A program made the position numbers and the translations under genes. From a virus, in IMG/VR virus record IMGVR_UViG_3300031950_000001, positions 32,001 through 96,000 of that record: a DNA stretch of 64,000 nt. One strand, given 5' to 3'. The notes under the pieces are model-generated. The model saw nothing but the letters and a program-made list of their open reading frames with translations. It made no database searches and had not been told where the DNA came from. This document shows positions 54,750-63,820 of this stretch, in pieces (position 1 is the first letter of the stretch; every line of letters starts with the position of its first letter).

Positions 54750-55458
54750 GTGTTATTGGTATGTTTGTAGCGGTATAGTCAGTTATTTGAAAACAGCTTT
54801 AACCTCCAGCAAGACGTGAAGCGGGAAGTCAACGACGAAGTCAAGGTTGAAATTTTCCGCTACACGCAAGGAAGTCGTCAAGACTTTAGTGACGCTTGTC
54901 AGGCGGAAATTGTAGCCAATTCGAAAGAAGAGGATTTGGCACTTTTACGCCTTAAGACCTCCCGCAAGATCGATCACGTCGCGAAAATGCTTCCCGAAAA
55001 CGTCAGGGTTTACATTTTCCAGCCGATCTATGCGGTAGGATGCTCGCTGCCGCATCCGCCGATTGCAACAAAGGGCGAGATTAACTATCTCGATGACGTT
55101 ATTGATAAGCGTACTTATTGGATGGGAACGGCCAACATCGTCTTCGGTAATAGCGGTGGCGCCGTCTTTACCGAACATAACGGGGACTATTATTTCATTG
55201 GCGTCCCTAGCCGGGTTGCCGGCAGCTGGACGCAGATCTTCCCTCATATGGGATGGTTCATCCCGATCACGCGAGTTAGAAACTGGGCTAAGGCCGAGCA
55301 TCTTGAGTTTCTGATTGATCCGAAGGTCAAGCCTTCGGATTGCTTTGCCAAGCGCGAGCAATTGCGCAAAGAAGCCGAACTGCGGATTTCGGCACAAAAG
55401 AAAGGCGAGCCAACTCCAGCGCCGAAGCCTTAAAACAATCTGATTAGCATTTCGACTA

Positions 55459-55510
55459 AAACAAAAAACGTCCAGCCACGCTGTTTTGTGACTGGTTGGA
55501 CGTTTTTGTT
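55459..55510. terminator. Bidirectional intrinsic terminator
   Basis: AAAAACGTCCAGCCA...TGGTTGGACGTTTTT with A and T tails. Confidence 0.75.
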
Positions 55511-55615
55511 TCAACGGCATTTCGTTGAGTCGATCTGGACGTGACTCTTCGTTTGAGATCGTCTTCACGACGATCTCGTTCTTCGTTATTCCCGCTTTCA
55601 CGAGGAGGCTTTCTT

Positions 55616-56296
55616 GTGACTCGTGTTATGTTCGAGGGGGTTATCGTATACCCCAATCAGATTTCTTGCGACCGTATTAAAAAGCTGCTCCAGTCTTACA
55701 TGGACGAGACGGGGTCGTATATCGTTACGGATAACCAGCCATCCGCCGTCTTTGTAGACACCGCCATTGTGTTTCCTGGCGATTACTATGACGGCTTTGA
55801 TGACCTTGTCCCGGAGCTGTTTTATAACGGAGAAGGATGGTTGTTATGGCACACACCGGCGCTCCAGCTTGTAGGCTTTATTCTCGATGGTCGCGAGATG
55901 GAAGGAACGGACTATGATTCTTACATTAAGTATGTTATAAATACAGGTAAGGTACCAAAAGTACCGCCTTCTCTAAGGCCGATTTGGCAAAGATACAGGT
56001 CGAGTCGAACGGAGCTCTATCAGCTGATTGGGCGCTATTATAAACACTCATTTCCTAATTTTGAGTTTATTGATCATTATTGCAAAGTATATGGCGGTGA
56101 TAGGAATGCGATTCTACGGTGTTGGATCGAGTCTATTGTGTGCCATAGCCGATGCTTCTTCCGACACAAATATCGTCGGGAGATAAAGCCGACGATGAGC
56201 ATTTTTAGGAAAGGCGTTAGATTATTGGACGCGCTTCTTTTGAACAAGGGCGTTACGTTGTTGGATGCACTGAAGTCGCAATCGAGCGGAAACTAA
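55616..56296 (+). CDS. Hypothetical protein, divergent family E member
   Basis: GAGGAGG RBS, FEGVIVYP, GWLL and RC....KYR..I.PT...RKG. Confidence 0.7.
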   Translation: MTRVMFEGVIVYPNQISCDRIKKLLQSYMDETGSYIVTDNQPSAVFVDTAIVFPGDYYDGFDDLVPELFYNGEGWLLWHTPALQLVGFILDGREMEGTDYDSYIKYVINTGKVPKVPPSLRPIWQRYRSSRTELYQLIGRYYKHSFPNFEFIDHYCKVYGGDRNAILRCWIESIVCHSRCFFRHKYRREIKPTMSIFRKGVRLLDALLLNKGVTLLDALKSQSSGN

Positions 56297-56337
56297 CATT
56301 TTTACTCAAAATGGGTGGTAAGGAGTACCGCCTAAAA

Positions 56338-56355
56338 TTTGATTCCGGAATCAAA
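56338..56355. repeat. Dispersed palindrome TTTGATTCCGGAATCAAA
   Basis: Exact copy. Left flank ACCGCCTAAAA is shared with the 39009 copy. Confidence 0.95.
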
Positions 56356-56372
56356 TTTTTTAGCTAGTCGCA

Positions 56373-56513
56373 TTGGGACTATTGCGGTTAAAGACCAGTC
56401 GACAGGTGCCGCATGTGGCCAAACTACTGCCAGTCGAAGCGAAGGTGTATATCTTTCAGCCGATTTATGCGGCGGGATGTTCTCTCCTGCATCCGCCGAT
56501 TGCTACGAAAGGA
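56373..56513 (+). pseudogene. Fragment of a second trypsin-like protease allele
   Basis: LLRLKTSRQVPHVAKLLP...VYIFQPIYAAGCSLLHPPIATKG is homologous to about 54937-55077. Confidence 0.8.
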
Positions 56514-56736
56514 CCAGAACACAAGCATCCGCATCGGATATTTGAATGCCGCTCGAAACATTGAGCGGGAAGCGCTACTTGTGATCAACAGAGGCCGGAG
56601 TGGGTTCACGGACTCTCTAAACGGACGTGGACAGGACGTAAGACCCTTCGGGGCAGTCCTGGATGAAGCGTCAAAATTGGCCGACGAACGGCGGCCTTCC
56701 ATTCCTGCCGTGGTTTAGGCAGGTTTGGTAAACCAG
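56514..56736 (+). mobile_element. IS607 remnant (tnpB scrap plus right end/omegaRNA)
   Basis: PEHKHP scrap, the CGGATA|TTTGAA junction and an intact 3' region ending GGTAAACCAG. Confidence 0.9.
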
Positions 56737-57059
56737 TGGCAAGTGTTTGCGCCAGTAACTTGCACACAGAAGTCGCCGGTGCCGTGTCTGATATGGCAGT
56801 GGGATGCGGGGCGCATGTGTCTGCGCAATGGCAATAGTCCGCTAGTGATTCATGTGTCTGGGCGTGGGAAACCGTACTTGAGCGCATGGGATAACATGAT
56901 GCGTAATCGGTGGTCATGTCGGGAGTAAGGTGTAGTGTGGGCTGATCGGCAGGTTGGCGGCTAAGCCTGCCAATGAACCGACACCGGCGCCACCAGCGCA
57001 GCAACCGTGATCATACTTGCATAAAGAACGAGAAGGTCTATCATTTGGGAGTGCGGCCT

Positions 57060-57707
57060 GTGGCGAACTATACCATTTTTTACCGTTGTGACGATGGCGC
57101 TGGTCCGTTTTATACACCTGGTACCAATTTTTCCGGCGTTTATCGCGCGTGGTTTGATGGGCGTTATTATCGCGTAGATCATTATAGCGACGTTCCGGAG
57201 GGGGATTACCTCGTCGTAGGGACTCGGGACTATTACAGTTCCGAGTGCCCGCCAAGAGATTCCTTTACCATTTTCTATCGTTGTAGAGATAATGCAGGAC
57301 CATACTCCAGATATGGCACTAATTACTCCGGCGTTTATTACAATTGGCATGATCTGTGTCATTATCGCGTAGATCATTATAGCGATATTCCGGAAGGGAA
57401 TTACTTCTACGGCTTGGACCCGGACTATTACGGTTCCGAGTGCCCGCCAGGCGATTTTACTATTTTCTATCGTTGTGGCGATAATGCGGGACCATACTAC
57501 GCAGCTTCCACTAAGTACTCCGGCGTTTATTACTATCCGGGTGATGAGCAGTATTACCGCGTCGATCATTATAGTTGGCAGCCCGAGGGCGAGGGGCTCG
57601 CCGGCTGGCGATTGTCTTATTACGGTCCCACTTGTCCAGGCGGCCCTTCTTTTAACCCTGCTTGGGCGCTTTATACCAATACTTATATAGGGAACGGCCA
57701 TGTATAA
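57060..57707 (+). CDS. Tyr-rich three-repeat protein
   Basis: Three approximately 64-aa repeats (TIFYRC..AGP...SGVY...YRVDHYS..PEG...YY..CP). Probable GTG start with GGGAG RBS. Confidence 0.75.
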   Translation: MANYTIFYRCDDGAGPFYTPGTNFSGVYRAWFDGRYYRVDHYSDVPEGDYLVVGTRDYYSSECPPRDSFTIFYRCRDNAGPYSRYGTNYSGVYYNWHDLCHYRVDHYSDIPEGNYFYGLDPDYYGSECPPGDFTIFYRCGDNAGPYYAASTKYSGVYYYPGDEQYYRVDHYSWQPEGEGLAGWRLSYYGPTCPGGPSFNPAWALYTNTYIGNGHV

Positions 57708-60018
57708 GAAAAACGATCCCAGTCCGAAACCTATCAAGGCCAAAGTCGTCAAGGCCTCTGATGGCTCCGGTATCACATCTGGAGTTACGGCGTACCACAT
57801 TACCGGTACGAGCCGTACTACCGGCAGTGGGAGCCTAACCCATATTGCGAACGGCTTATGGTCTTATACGCCAACGCAGAGCGAGACCAACTACAACGAA
57901 TTCGCAATCGAGTTTTACCATGCGGACGCCGTAGCTAGGGGTCCAATCGTTCAGGTCTTTACGTCCAGCAAGCTTGTTTCCGAATTGAATGATCTCGCAA
58001 AGACGGATATCCTCAGCGACGGCGTAGCCTTCCCAGGCGCTCGTATCGATGCGGCCATCTCTAGCCGTCTGGCTACAGGCGATAGCAGGCTCAATTACTT
58101 GGATGCCTCGATTTCGAGCCGATTGGCCTCGACGGATAGCCGACTCAACAACCTCGATGCCGCTATTTCGAGCAGGCTGGCTACGAATGATTCGAGGCTT
58201 AATAATCTCGATGCTACCATTTCGAGCCGTGCGTCAGCGACGTATTACACCAGCGAACGAGCGGCCAAACTCGATTATCTGGATGCTTCCATCAGCAGTC
58301 GACTAGCTTCGTCGGCTTATACGGCTCCGGATAACGCCGGGATTGCGGCGATTAAAGCGAAGACCGATAAGCTCACCTTTAATGAAGGGAACGCTGTCTA
58401 TGCTTATGGTTCGACGGGCGGCGCGTCGGCTGAAGAGGTTTGGACCTACTCCAATAGATCGCTCACCGATAAATCCGGATTCTCCTTAACTTCAGATTAT
58501 AATGCGGCGAAAAATGCTGCCTCTCAGTCGACGGTCGATGCGATTAAAGCGCAAACCGACAAGCTGCAATTCACTACCGAAAACTACGTAAAAGCCAAAG
58601 CGGAAATCGTCGGTGATAAAACTGGCTATGGTCTTACAACCGACTACGACCGTGCAAAAACAGCGTTGGCCGTCTCTGAATACACCGCCCCCGATAACGC
58701 AAGCATTACGGCTATTAAGACGCAAACCGATAAATTACAGTTCAATGCTGCCAATGACGTAAAAGCTACACTGGATGGCGAAACCGTTACCGTTTCCACC
58801 AATCAGGACAAGACTGGCTATTCCTTGACATCGGACTATGATGCCGCAAAAACAGCGGCTAGCCAGTCTACGGTTAATGCTATCAAGACCAAAACCGACA
58901 AACTCACGTTTAATGAATCTAATGCGGTCTATGCGTACGGACCCGCAGGGGGCGGAGCGTCTGCTGAAGAGGTCTGGACGTACTCCAACCGATCCTTGAC
59001 CGACAAGTCGGGCTTCTCGCTGACCTCGGACTACAACGCTGCGAAGACTGCCGCGTCGCAGTCAACAGTTGATGCGATTAAATCGAAGACCGATAAACTC
59101 ACATTTAATGAATCTAATGCCGTCTATGCCTATGGCTCAACTGGCGGTGCATCTGCCGAAGAAGTCTGGACGTATTCTAACCGATCTCTTACGGATAAGT
59201 CGAATTTCTCGCTTACTTCGGACTACAATGCAGCAAAGACTGCCGCTTCGCAGTCAACAGTTGATGCTATCAAGGCCAAGACGGATCGTCTGCAATTTAC
59301 GACCGACAACGACGTTAAAGCAACCCTTGACGGCGAGAAAGTTACTGTTCAGTCGAACGAAGACAAGACAGGTTACTCGCTAACCTCTGCTTATGATGCC
59401 GCCAAAAATGCCGCTTCGCAATCTACGGCTGATGCTATTAAGGCCAAAACCGACAAACTCACATTCAACGACTCGAACGCAGTCTACGCCTACGGAGCCG
59501 GTGGCGCGTCGGCAGCCGAAGTGTGGTCGTATTCGACACGATCGCTTACTGATAAGGCAGGGTTCTCGCTAACCTCCGATTATGATGCCGCCAAGACGGC
59601 TGCGTCGCAGTCATCGGTCAACGCCATTCTTAATAAGATGGCTGCAACAGTGGTGATCGTTAGTCCGCTTAATCCTGTATCCAAGCAAATAACCCTAATC
59701 AAAGGCGATTCGTACGAAGCCGAAGATAACCGTGATATACGATTTATGCTCGGTCCTACGCCAGACTTGTCTTCGTATTCACTCACATTTACAGCTGTTG
59801 AGACGGAAAGAGGCGCGTTCGTTATTGAAAAGACGCCGAGGCGTATTATACAAGATAATCATCAGATTCTATCTATCGAACTCACGTCGGCAGATACGGC
59901 TAATTTGCCCGTCGGACCGAATTCACTCGAATATAATATAAAAGCTGCAAAGAGTGACGGTGATAAAATCACACTTGTTATGGGATCGATAACGGTCATC
60001 GAAGGCCGCGTTCGATAA
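57700..60018 (+). CDS. Repeat-rich fibre/appendage-like virion protein
   Basis: Five LDA.ISSR repeats, four ASA.EVW.YS.RSLTDK repeats and many IK.KTDKL repeats. Confidence 0.75.
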   Translation: MYKKNDPSPKPIKAKVVKASDGSGITSGVTAYHITGTSRTTGSGSLTHIANGLWSYTPTQSETNYNEFAIEFYHADAVARGPIVQVFTSSKLVSELNDLAKTDILSDGVAFPGARIDAAISSRLATGDSRLNYLDASISSRLASTDSRLNNLDAAISSRLATNDSRLNNLDATISSRASATYYTSERAAKLDYLDASISSRLASSAYTAPDNAGIAAIKAKTDKLTFNEGNAVYAYGSTGGASAEEVWTYSNRSLTDKSGFSLTSDYNAAKNAASQSTVDAIKAQTDKLQFTTENYVKAKAEIVGDKTGYGLTTDYDRAKTALAVSEYTAPDNASITAIKTQTDKLQFNAANDVKATLDGETVTVSTNQDKTGYSLTSDYDAAKTAASQSTVNAIKTKTDKLTFNESNAVYAYGPAGGGASAEEVWTYSNRSLTDKSGFSLTSDYNAAKTAASQSTVDAIKSKTDKLTFNESNAVYAYGSTGGASAEEVWTYSNRSLTDKSNFSLTSDYNAAKTAASQSTVDAIKAKTDRLQFTTDNDVKATLDGEKVTVQSNEDKTGYSLTSAYDAAKNAASQSTADAIKAKTDKLTFNDSNAVYAYGAGGASAAEVWSYSTRSLTDKAGFSLTSDYDAAKTAASQSSVNAILNKMAATVVIVSPLNPVSKQITLIKGDSYEAEDNRDIRFMLGPTPDLSSYSLTFTAVETERGAFVIEKTPRRIIQDNHQILSIELTSADTANLPVGPNSLEYNIKAAKSDGDKITLVMGSITVIEGRVR

Positions 60019-60042
60019 CACGAGAATTCCGTTTATCCGCTC

Positions 60043-60088
60043 TTGACACGGACACCTCGACGGCATAGATTAGTCGAGGTGTTTTTTT
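60043..60088 (+). terminator. Terminator hairpin overlapping a sigma70-like promoter
   Basis: ACACCTCGAC/GTCGAGGTGT plus a T tract, overlapped by TTGACA-17-TAGATT. Confidence 0.65.
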
Positions 60089-60110
60089 GTCCCTGCTTGG
60101 AGGGTCTGTA

Positions 60111-61604
60111 GTGAAGGCACTAATCACGGTTGGAGGTCCTCTTATCTCTATCGCTGCCGATGAGCAGACGCCGCTTACCGGTTCGATCGTCGAAAAGATC
60201 ACCAAACCGCTCATCTTTACCAAGATTAAACTCAATTATCATCGAGGCAATCTCAACAAGCATCCGGAACGATGTGTTCTCTATCATGTTGACGAACAAG
60301 GTAAGATTTGGTGTCATCGTGGCTGGATCGACAAAATTCACCGTATGCTCTTGTCAGAGGGATATGAAGTTACTATAAAAGAGGATTGGCCGCCGCTGGC
60401 GCGACCCGACTGCTATACAGAAGATATCCAAGCGTTGGCAAATAGCCTCCAATTCCGGCCTAAACAGATTGAATGCATTGCGGCTTTGATCGCAAGAATT
60501 AGAGACCGACGAGGTGGTGTTGTTGTCGCTCCTCCAGCGTTTGGAAAGACAAAGCTCATCTCGGCGTTGTGCGTTCTCTATCCTAAGGCGAAGATCGATA
60601 TCATTACGCACGGTAACGAGCTCATTGAGGACCTTTATCGGCATGTTCTAAAGCTGACCCCGGACGTCGGTGTTATCGCCAAAGGAAGCTGCGACAAGCG
60701 TCGAGTAACGATTATCTCGGATATGAGTTTGAAGTATTCGGATGGAGACGCAGATATTGTATTGGCAGATGAAGTTCATAAACTCATGACGGATCGTGCG
60801 GTGAAGGAATTGGCAAGATACGATCACGCGTGTATGTTTGGATTTACGGCTACGCCCGACACACGGCTGGATAATGCCCATCGCCGAATGGAGGGGCTAT
60901 TTGGTCCAGTGATCTTTCAGGTCGATTGGGAAGAGGCTGTCCGGCTCGGGGTCGTTGTTCCCATTCACGTCTATATGCTTCATATCGATTCCGGTGTTCC
61001 GGTATCGAAATATTACCGCAGCCAAATTAGTATGAAACGCTTTGCGTATTGGCGAAATACGGTTCGTAATCGCCGAATTGCCGAAGCCGCCCGAAACTTT
61101 GTTAAAGCTGGGCTTCAGACCCTCATCCTAGTTGAAACCGTTGAGCATATGGTGTATCTTAAGGAGCTCCTTCCCGAATTTCAGGTCTGCTACAGCAACA
61201 TGAATTTAGACCGTCCGGCCATGAAATTCCTTCGAAGCCGCGGATTGCTGGAGAATGTTCCAAAACTTTCTTACCGCGATCGAATGGACGTCAAAGCGCG
61301 ATTCGAGAATCGTGATATAATGGGTTGTATCGCCACTACAATTTGGACGCAGGGTGTTAGCTTCGATAGTCTTCAGGTTCTTATCCGTGCTGATGGCGGC
61401 TATAGCGAGACCAATAACCAACAATGGCCTGGCCGCGTCGCCAGAATTGATCCGAAAACCAATAAATCGTATGGTATTCTGGTAGATTGCTTCGACGAGT
61501 TCGATGTTTGGACCAAGGCCAGGTCTTTCGCTCGCCTCAGGAGCTATCGCAGCAATGGCTGGCAAATCTCCCATCATCGGCCCAGTGAAACGCCTACCTT
61601 CTGA
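60111..61604 (+). CDS. Superfamily 2 helicase (UvsW/XPB-like)
   Basis: RPKQ, APPAFGKT, DEVH, TAT and Q..GRV.R motifs. GGAGG RBS before GTG 60111. Confidence 0.9.
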   Translation: MKALITVGGPLISIAADEQTPLTGSIVEKITKPLIFTKIKLNYHRGNLNKHPERCVLYHVDEQGKIWCHRGWIDKIHRMLLSEGYEVTIKEDWPPLARPDCYTEDIQALANSLQFRPKQIECIAALIARIRDRRGGVVVAPPAFGKTKLISALCVLYPKAKIDIITHGNELIEDLYRHVLKLTPDVGVIAKGSCDKRRVTIISDMSLKYSDGDADIVLADEVHKLMTDRAVKELARYDHACMFGFTATPDTRLDNAHRRMEGLFGPVIFQVDWEEAVRLGVVVPIHVYMLHIDSGVPVSKYYRSQISMKRFAYWRNTVRNRRIAEAARNFVKAGLQTLILVETVEHMVYLKELLPEFQVCYSNMNLDRPAMKFLRSRGLLENVPKLSYRDRMDVKARFENRDIMGCIATTIWTQGVSFDSLQVLIRADGGYSETNNQQWPGRVARIDPKTNKSYGILVDCFDEFDVWTKARSFARLRSYRSNGWQISHHRPSETPTF

Positions 61605-62259
61605 AATTCTTGCCACTTCGACGGTTCAAGCAAAGAATGAATTCGATCTCGAAAAGATAATCCGTGACTGCTATGTTGCAAATCGAAAGTATTACGTCGG
61701 CGATAGTCAATCCAAGTACGGAGATACGCAGACCCGATGGGACATGCCGTCCAGGAAGGACGGCCTTACCACCTGGGGCCGAATAGCTCGATTTCTTATC
61801 GAACATAATATCGATGATGTTCATCGCTATGTTCACGCCCAGTTTGCTGCCAGCGATAATCCAGCTGCACTCTACCCTCCATTTCTCATCGGCGGGAATG
61901 CCCTCAAAGCCTATCATGAGTACAATAGTACTGCGGATGAACGGCTAAGGTCGAGTCTTCATGCGGAGATCTCTCGATTTAGAACGGAAGTTGTCTTAAA
62001 CTCGAAGCCAGGTATGACTACGGAAGAGTGTTGGCGGTTTGTTTTGATGAATTCGGGCAATAGTATTTCGCCGCTCTTGCGTTATCTGTGTGCTGTCGAT
62101 ATTGGAGCTATGGATTTGGCGAAGTTTTGGTATGACGCTGCTATGTTGCAAGTCATCATGGATCCACGCGGATATATCCGCGTATGGGACGATTGTTTCA
62201 ACGGGCGTATCAAAACGTTGATTACCGGGGCCGGAATTTTGATTCCGGAATCAAAATAA
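61585..62259 (+). CDS. Hypothetical replication-module protein
   Basis: Lies between the two helicases. Start uncertain. Confidence 0.65.
   Translation: MKRLPSEILATSTVQAKNEFDLEKIIRDCYVANRKYYVGDSQSKYGDTQTRWDMPSRKDGLTTWGRIARFLIEHNIDDVHRYVHAQFAASDNPAALYPPFLIGGNALKAYHEYNSTADERLRSSLHAEISRFRTEVVLNSKPGMTTEECWRFVLMNSGNSISPLLRYLCAVDIGAMDLAKFWYDAAMLQVIMDPRGYIRVWDDCFNGRIKTLITGAGILIPESK
62238..62255. repeat. Dispersed palindrome inside the last codons of a CDS
   Basis: Exact copy encoding ...LIPESK, directly before the RBS of the DnaB-like gene. Confidence 0.95.
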
Positions 62260-62269
62260 GGAGTCTCCA

Positions 62270-63808
62270 ATGCAGCAGAACAGCCGTTTAGACCTCATTC
62301 TGTCCTATGTGATTCACAACCCTGCCTTTGCACGAACGGCATTTACACAGCTTACGGACGAGCATTTTAATCTGATGACCGAACAGCACTATCGGCTATT
62401 GTGGCAATTTCTAAAAATCTATTACCAGCAGTTTAGTAGCGTTCCGAGCCAAAGCGTACTGAAAGATAGCATTAAAGCGCTTAGTCGAGAAAATACGATT
62501 ATCTCAAAGCTAGAAGACAGCGTCCTTCAGCTTATTGATACCCTTTACAGTCGACCTTCAAGCGATTTCCAAGATACCGCTCATGCAAATCGCGTTTTGC
62601 AGGATTTCTTAGGAGAAGTACTCAAGCGAAACCTAGCCAAGAACCTTGAGCTCGCGTCCGATGCGCCGACGATTAAACTACCTAAGATCCTTCAAGAAGC
62701 CGAGGAGAAGTTGCGCCACATCTCGACGATTACAAATCCGGTCCCGACCGGGTCGATCGTCGATGCCCTTTTCCAGCAAGACGTAGGCGACATTGTACTG
62801 ACTGGTCTGCCATTTATTGACGACCACATGAAAATGCGGACAAAAAACGTAAATGTTCTTTTAGGGCCGACAGGCGGCGGCAAGACGACGCTTGCGTGCC
62901 AGATCCTAACCCAAGCAGCTCTAACCCTATATGCCGATGACCGTTTTCTCGGCAGAGAGCCGTCGGGATGGTTCGCGTATTTTGGATATGAAGGTCCTAT
63001 AGGCCGATCAGCATCCCTGATGATGAGTTATGCGGCCAGAATCCCAAGAAATGTATTAGTTAATCTACGTAGCCTAGACGAGCTTTCAACGACCGAGAGA
63101 CCAAGTGATTCCGATAGAGAACTTAGAAATCGAGGTGAAATACCGAGACTTGTCGGACAACGAGAGCGATTTGAAGAAGCCCAAAGCATCTTATCCAAGT
63201 ACGTTAAAATATTTGACTTTTCCGGAGGAAAAGATAAAGACGGTCGATCATACGGACATGGCGGTATCGACGAAATCGCCTCATTTGTCGACCATCATTG
63301 CAGTCAAACAAAGCTCCTGCCGAAGCTAATCGTTATCGATTGGGCAGGGATGGTTGTCCAGCGTTATATTAGTGCCCATAATCAGTCCGATAAAAACCTG
63401 ATCATAGAACTGGGTCGGTTTGTTGATAAGGTCTATAATAAAATTGCGAGTCCGTATAACTGCGTTGTGCTTGTCGTTCATCAGCTAAGAGGGGCCGTCC
63501 AACGCAACAAAACCATGTGCATGTCCGCCACCCACGCGGATGCGGCATGGTGCTCGGATTTTGGGGTTAACGCTTCGTACGTTTTCTGTCTTGGCGATAA
63601 AGACCCTGATACGAACGTCTGTCTGTTGCGATGGACAAAGACGCGGGACGGCAAGACTCCGCCTCCCATCGTTTGCCAGTTGGACGGCGAACTCTCTCGA
63701 TTTGTGACCGTTGATGACCTTTATCAATACGACTACGTCATTAAGCAGATTGTGCCGCGTGAGAAAGAGACGAGCCGAAAACCTCGTGTGTTTAGCGTCG
63801 ATTTTTAG
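62270..63808 (+). CDS. DnaB-like replicative helicase
   Basis: Walker A GPTGGGKTT, Walker B LIVIDW, HQL and K.RDG. AAGGAG RBS. Confidence 0.85.
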   Translation: MQQNSRLDLILSYVIHNPAFARTAFTQLTDEHFNLMTEQHYRLLWQFLKIYYQQFSSVPSQSVLKDSIKALSRENTIISKLEDSVLQLIDTLYSRPSSDFQDTAHANRVLQDFLGEVLKRNLAKNLELASDAPTIKLPKILQEAEEKLRHISTITNPVPTGSIVDALFQQDVGDIVLTGLPFIDDHMKMRTKNVNVLLGPTGGGKTTLACQILTQAALTLYADDRFLGREPSGWFAYFGYEGPIGRSASLMMSYAARIPRNVLVNLRSLDELSTTERPSDSDRELRNRGEIPRLVGQRERFEEAQSILSKYVKIFDFSGGKDKDGRSYGHGGIDEIASFVDHHCSQTKLLPKLIVIDWAGMVVQRYISAHNQSDKNLIIELGRFVDKVYNKIASPYNCVVLVVHQLRGAVQRNKTMCMSATHADAAWCSDFGVNASYVFCLGDKDPDTNVCLLRWTKTRDGKTPPPIVCQLDGELSRFVTVDDLYQYDYVIKQIVPREKETSRKPRVFSVDF

Positions 63809-63820
63809 AAGGAGCGTTTC

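Larger units (their letters stand above)
52760..54803 (-). mobile_element. IS607-family element (about 2.04 kb)
   Basis: Serine-recombinase tnpA plus tnpB. No terminal inverted repeats. AG dinucleotide at both junctions, left flank GGAG. Confidence 0.95.
52496..55433 (+). pseudogene. Secreted trypsin-like serine protease interrupted by IS607 (segments 52496-52759 and 54804-55433)
   Basis: Signal peptide, TNYHV (His), DLALL (Asp) and GNSGG (Ser). Removing 52760-54803 restores the frame (...WSS-LQQDVKRE..., 297 aa). Confidence 0.9.

Noticed and set aside
52760-54803. IS607 as an IStron (group I intron) that splices out of the protease mRNA
   Set aside because: The element is antisense to the host gene, has only about 200 bp before tnpA, and shows no group I core motifs.
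57060-57707. Diversity-generating retroelement template/variable repeats
   Set aside because: Differences between repeats are not adenine-specific, and there is no reverse transcriptase in the window.
4326-62255. Palindromes as a CRISPR array or integron attC sites
   Set aside because: Spacing is irregular and mostly kilobases, and there is no cas or integrase gene. The repeats lack GTTRRRY ends and extrahelical bases.
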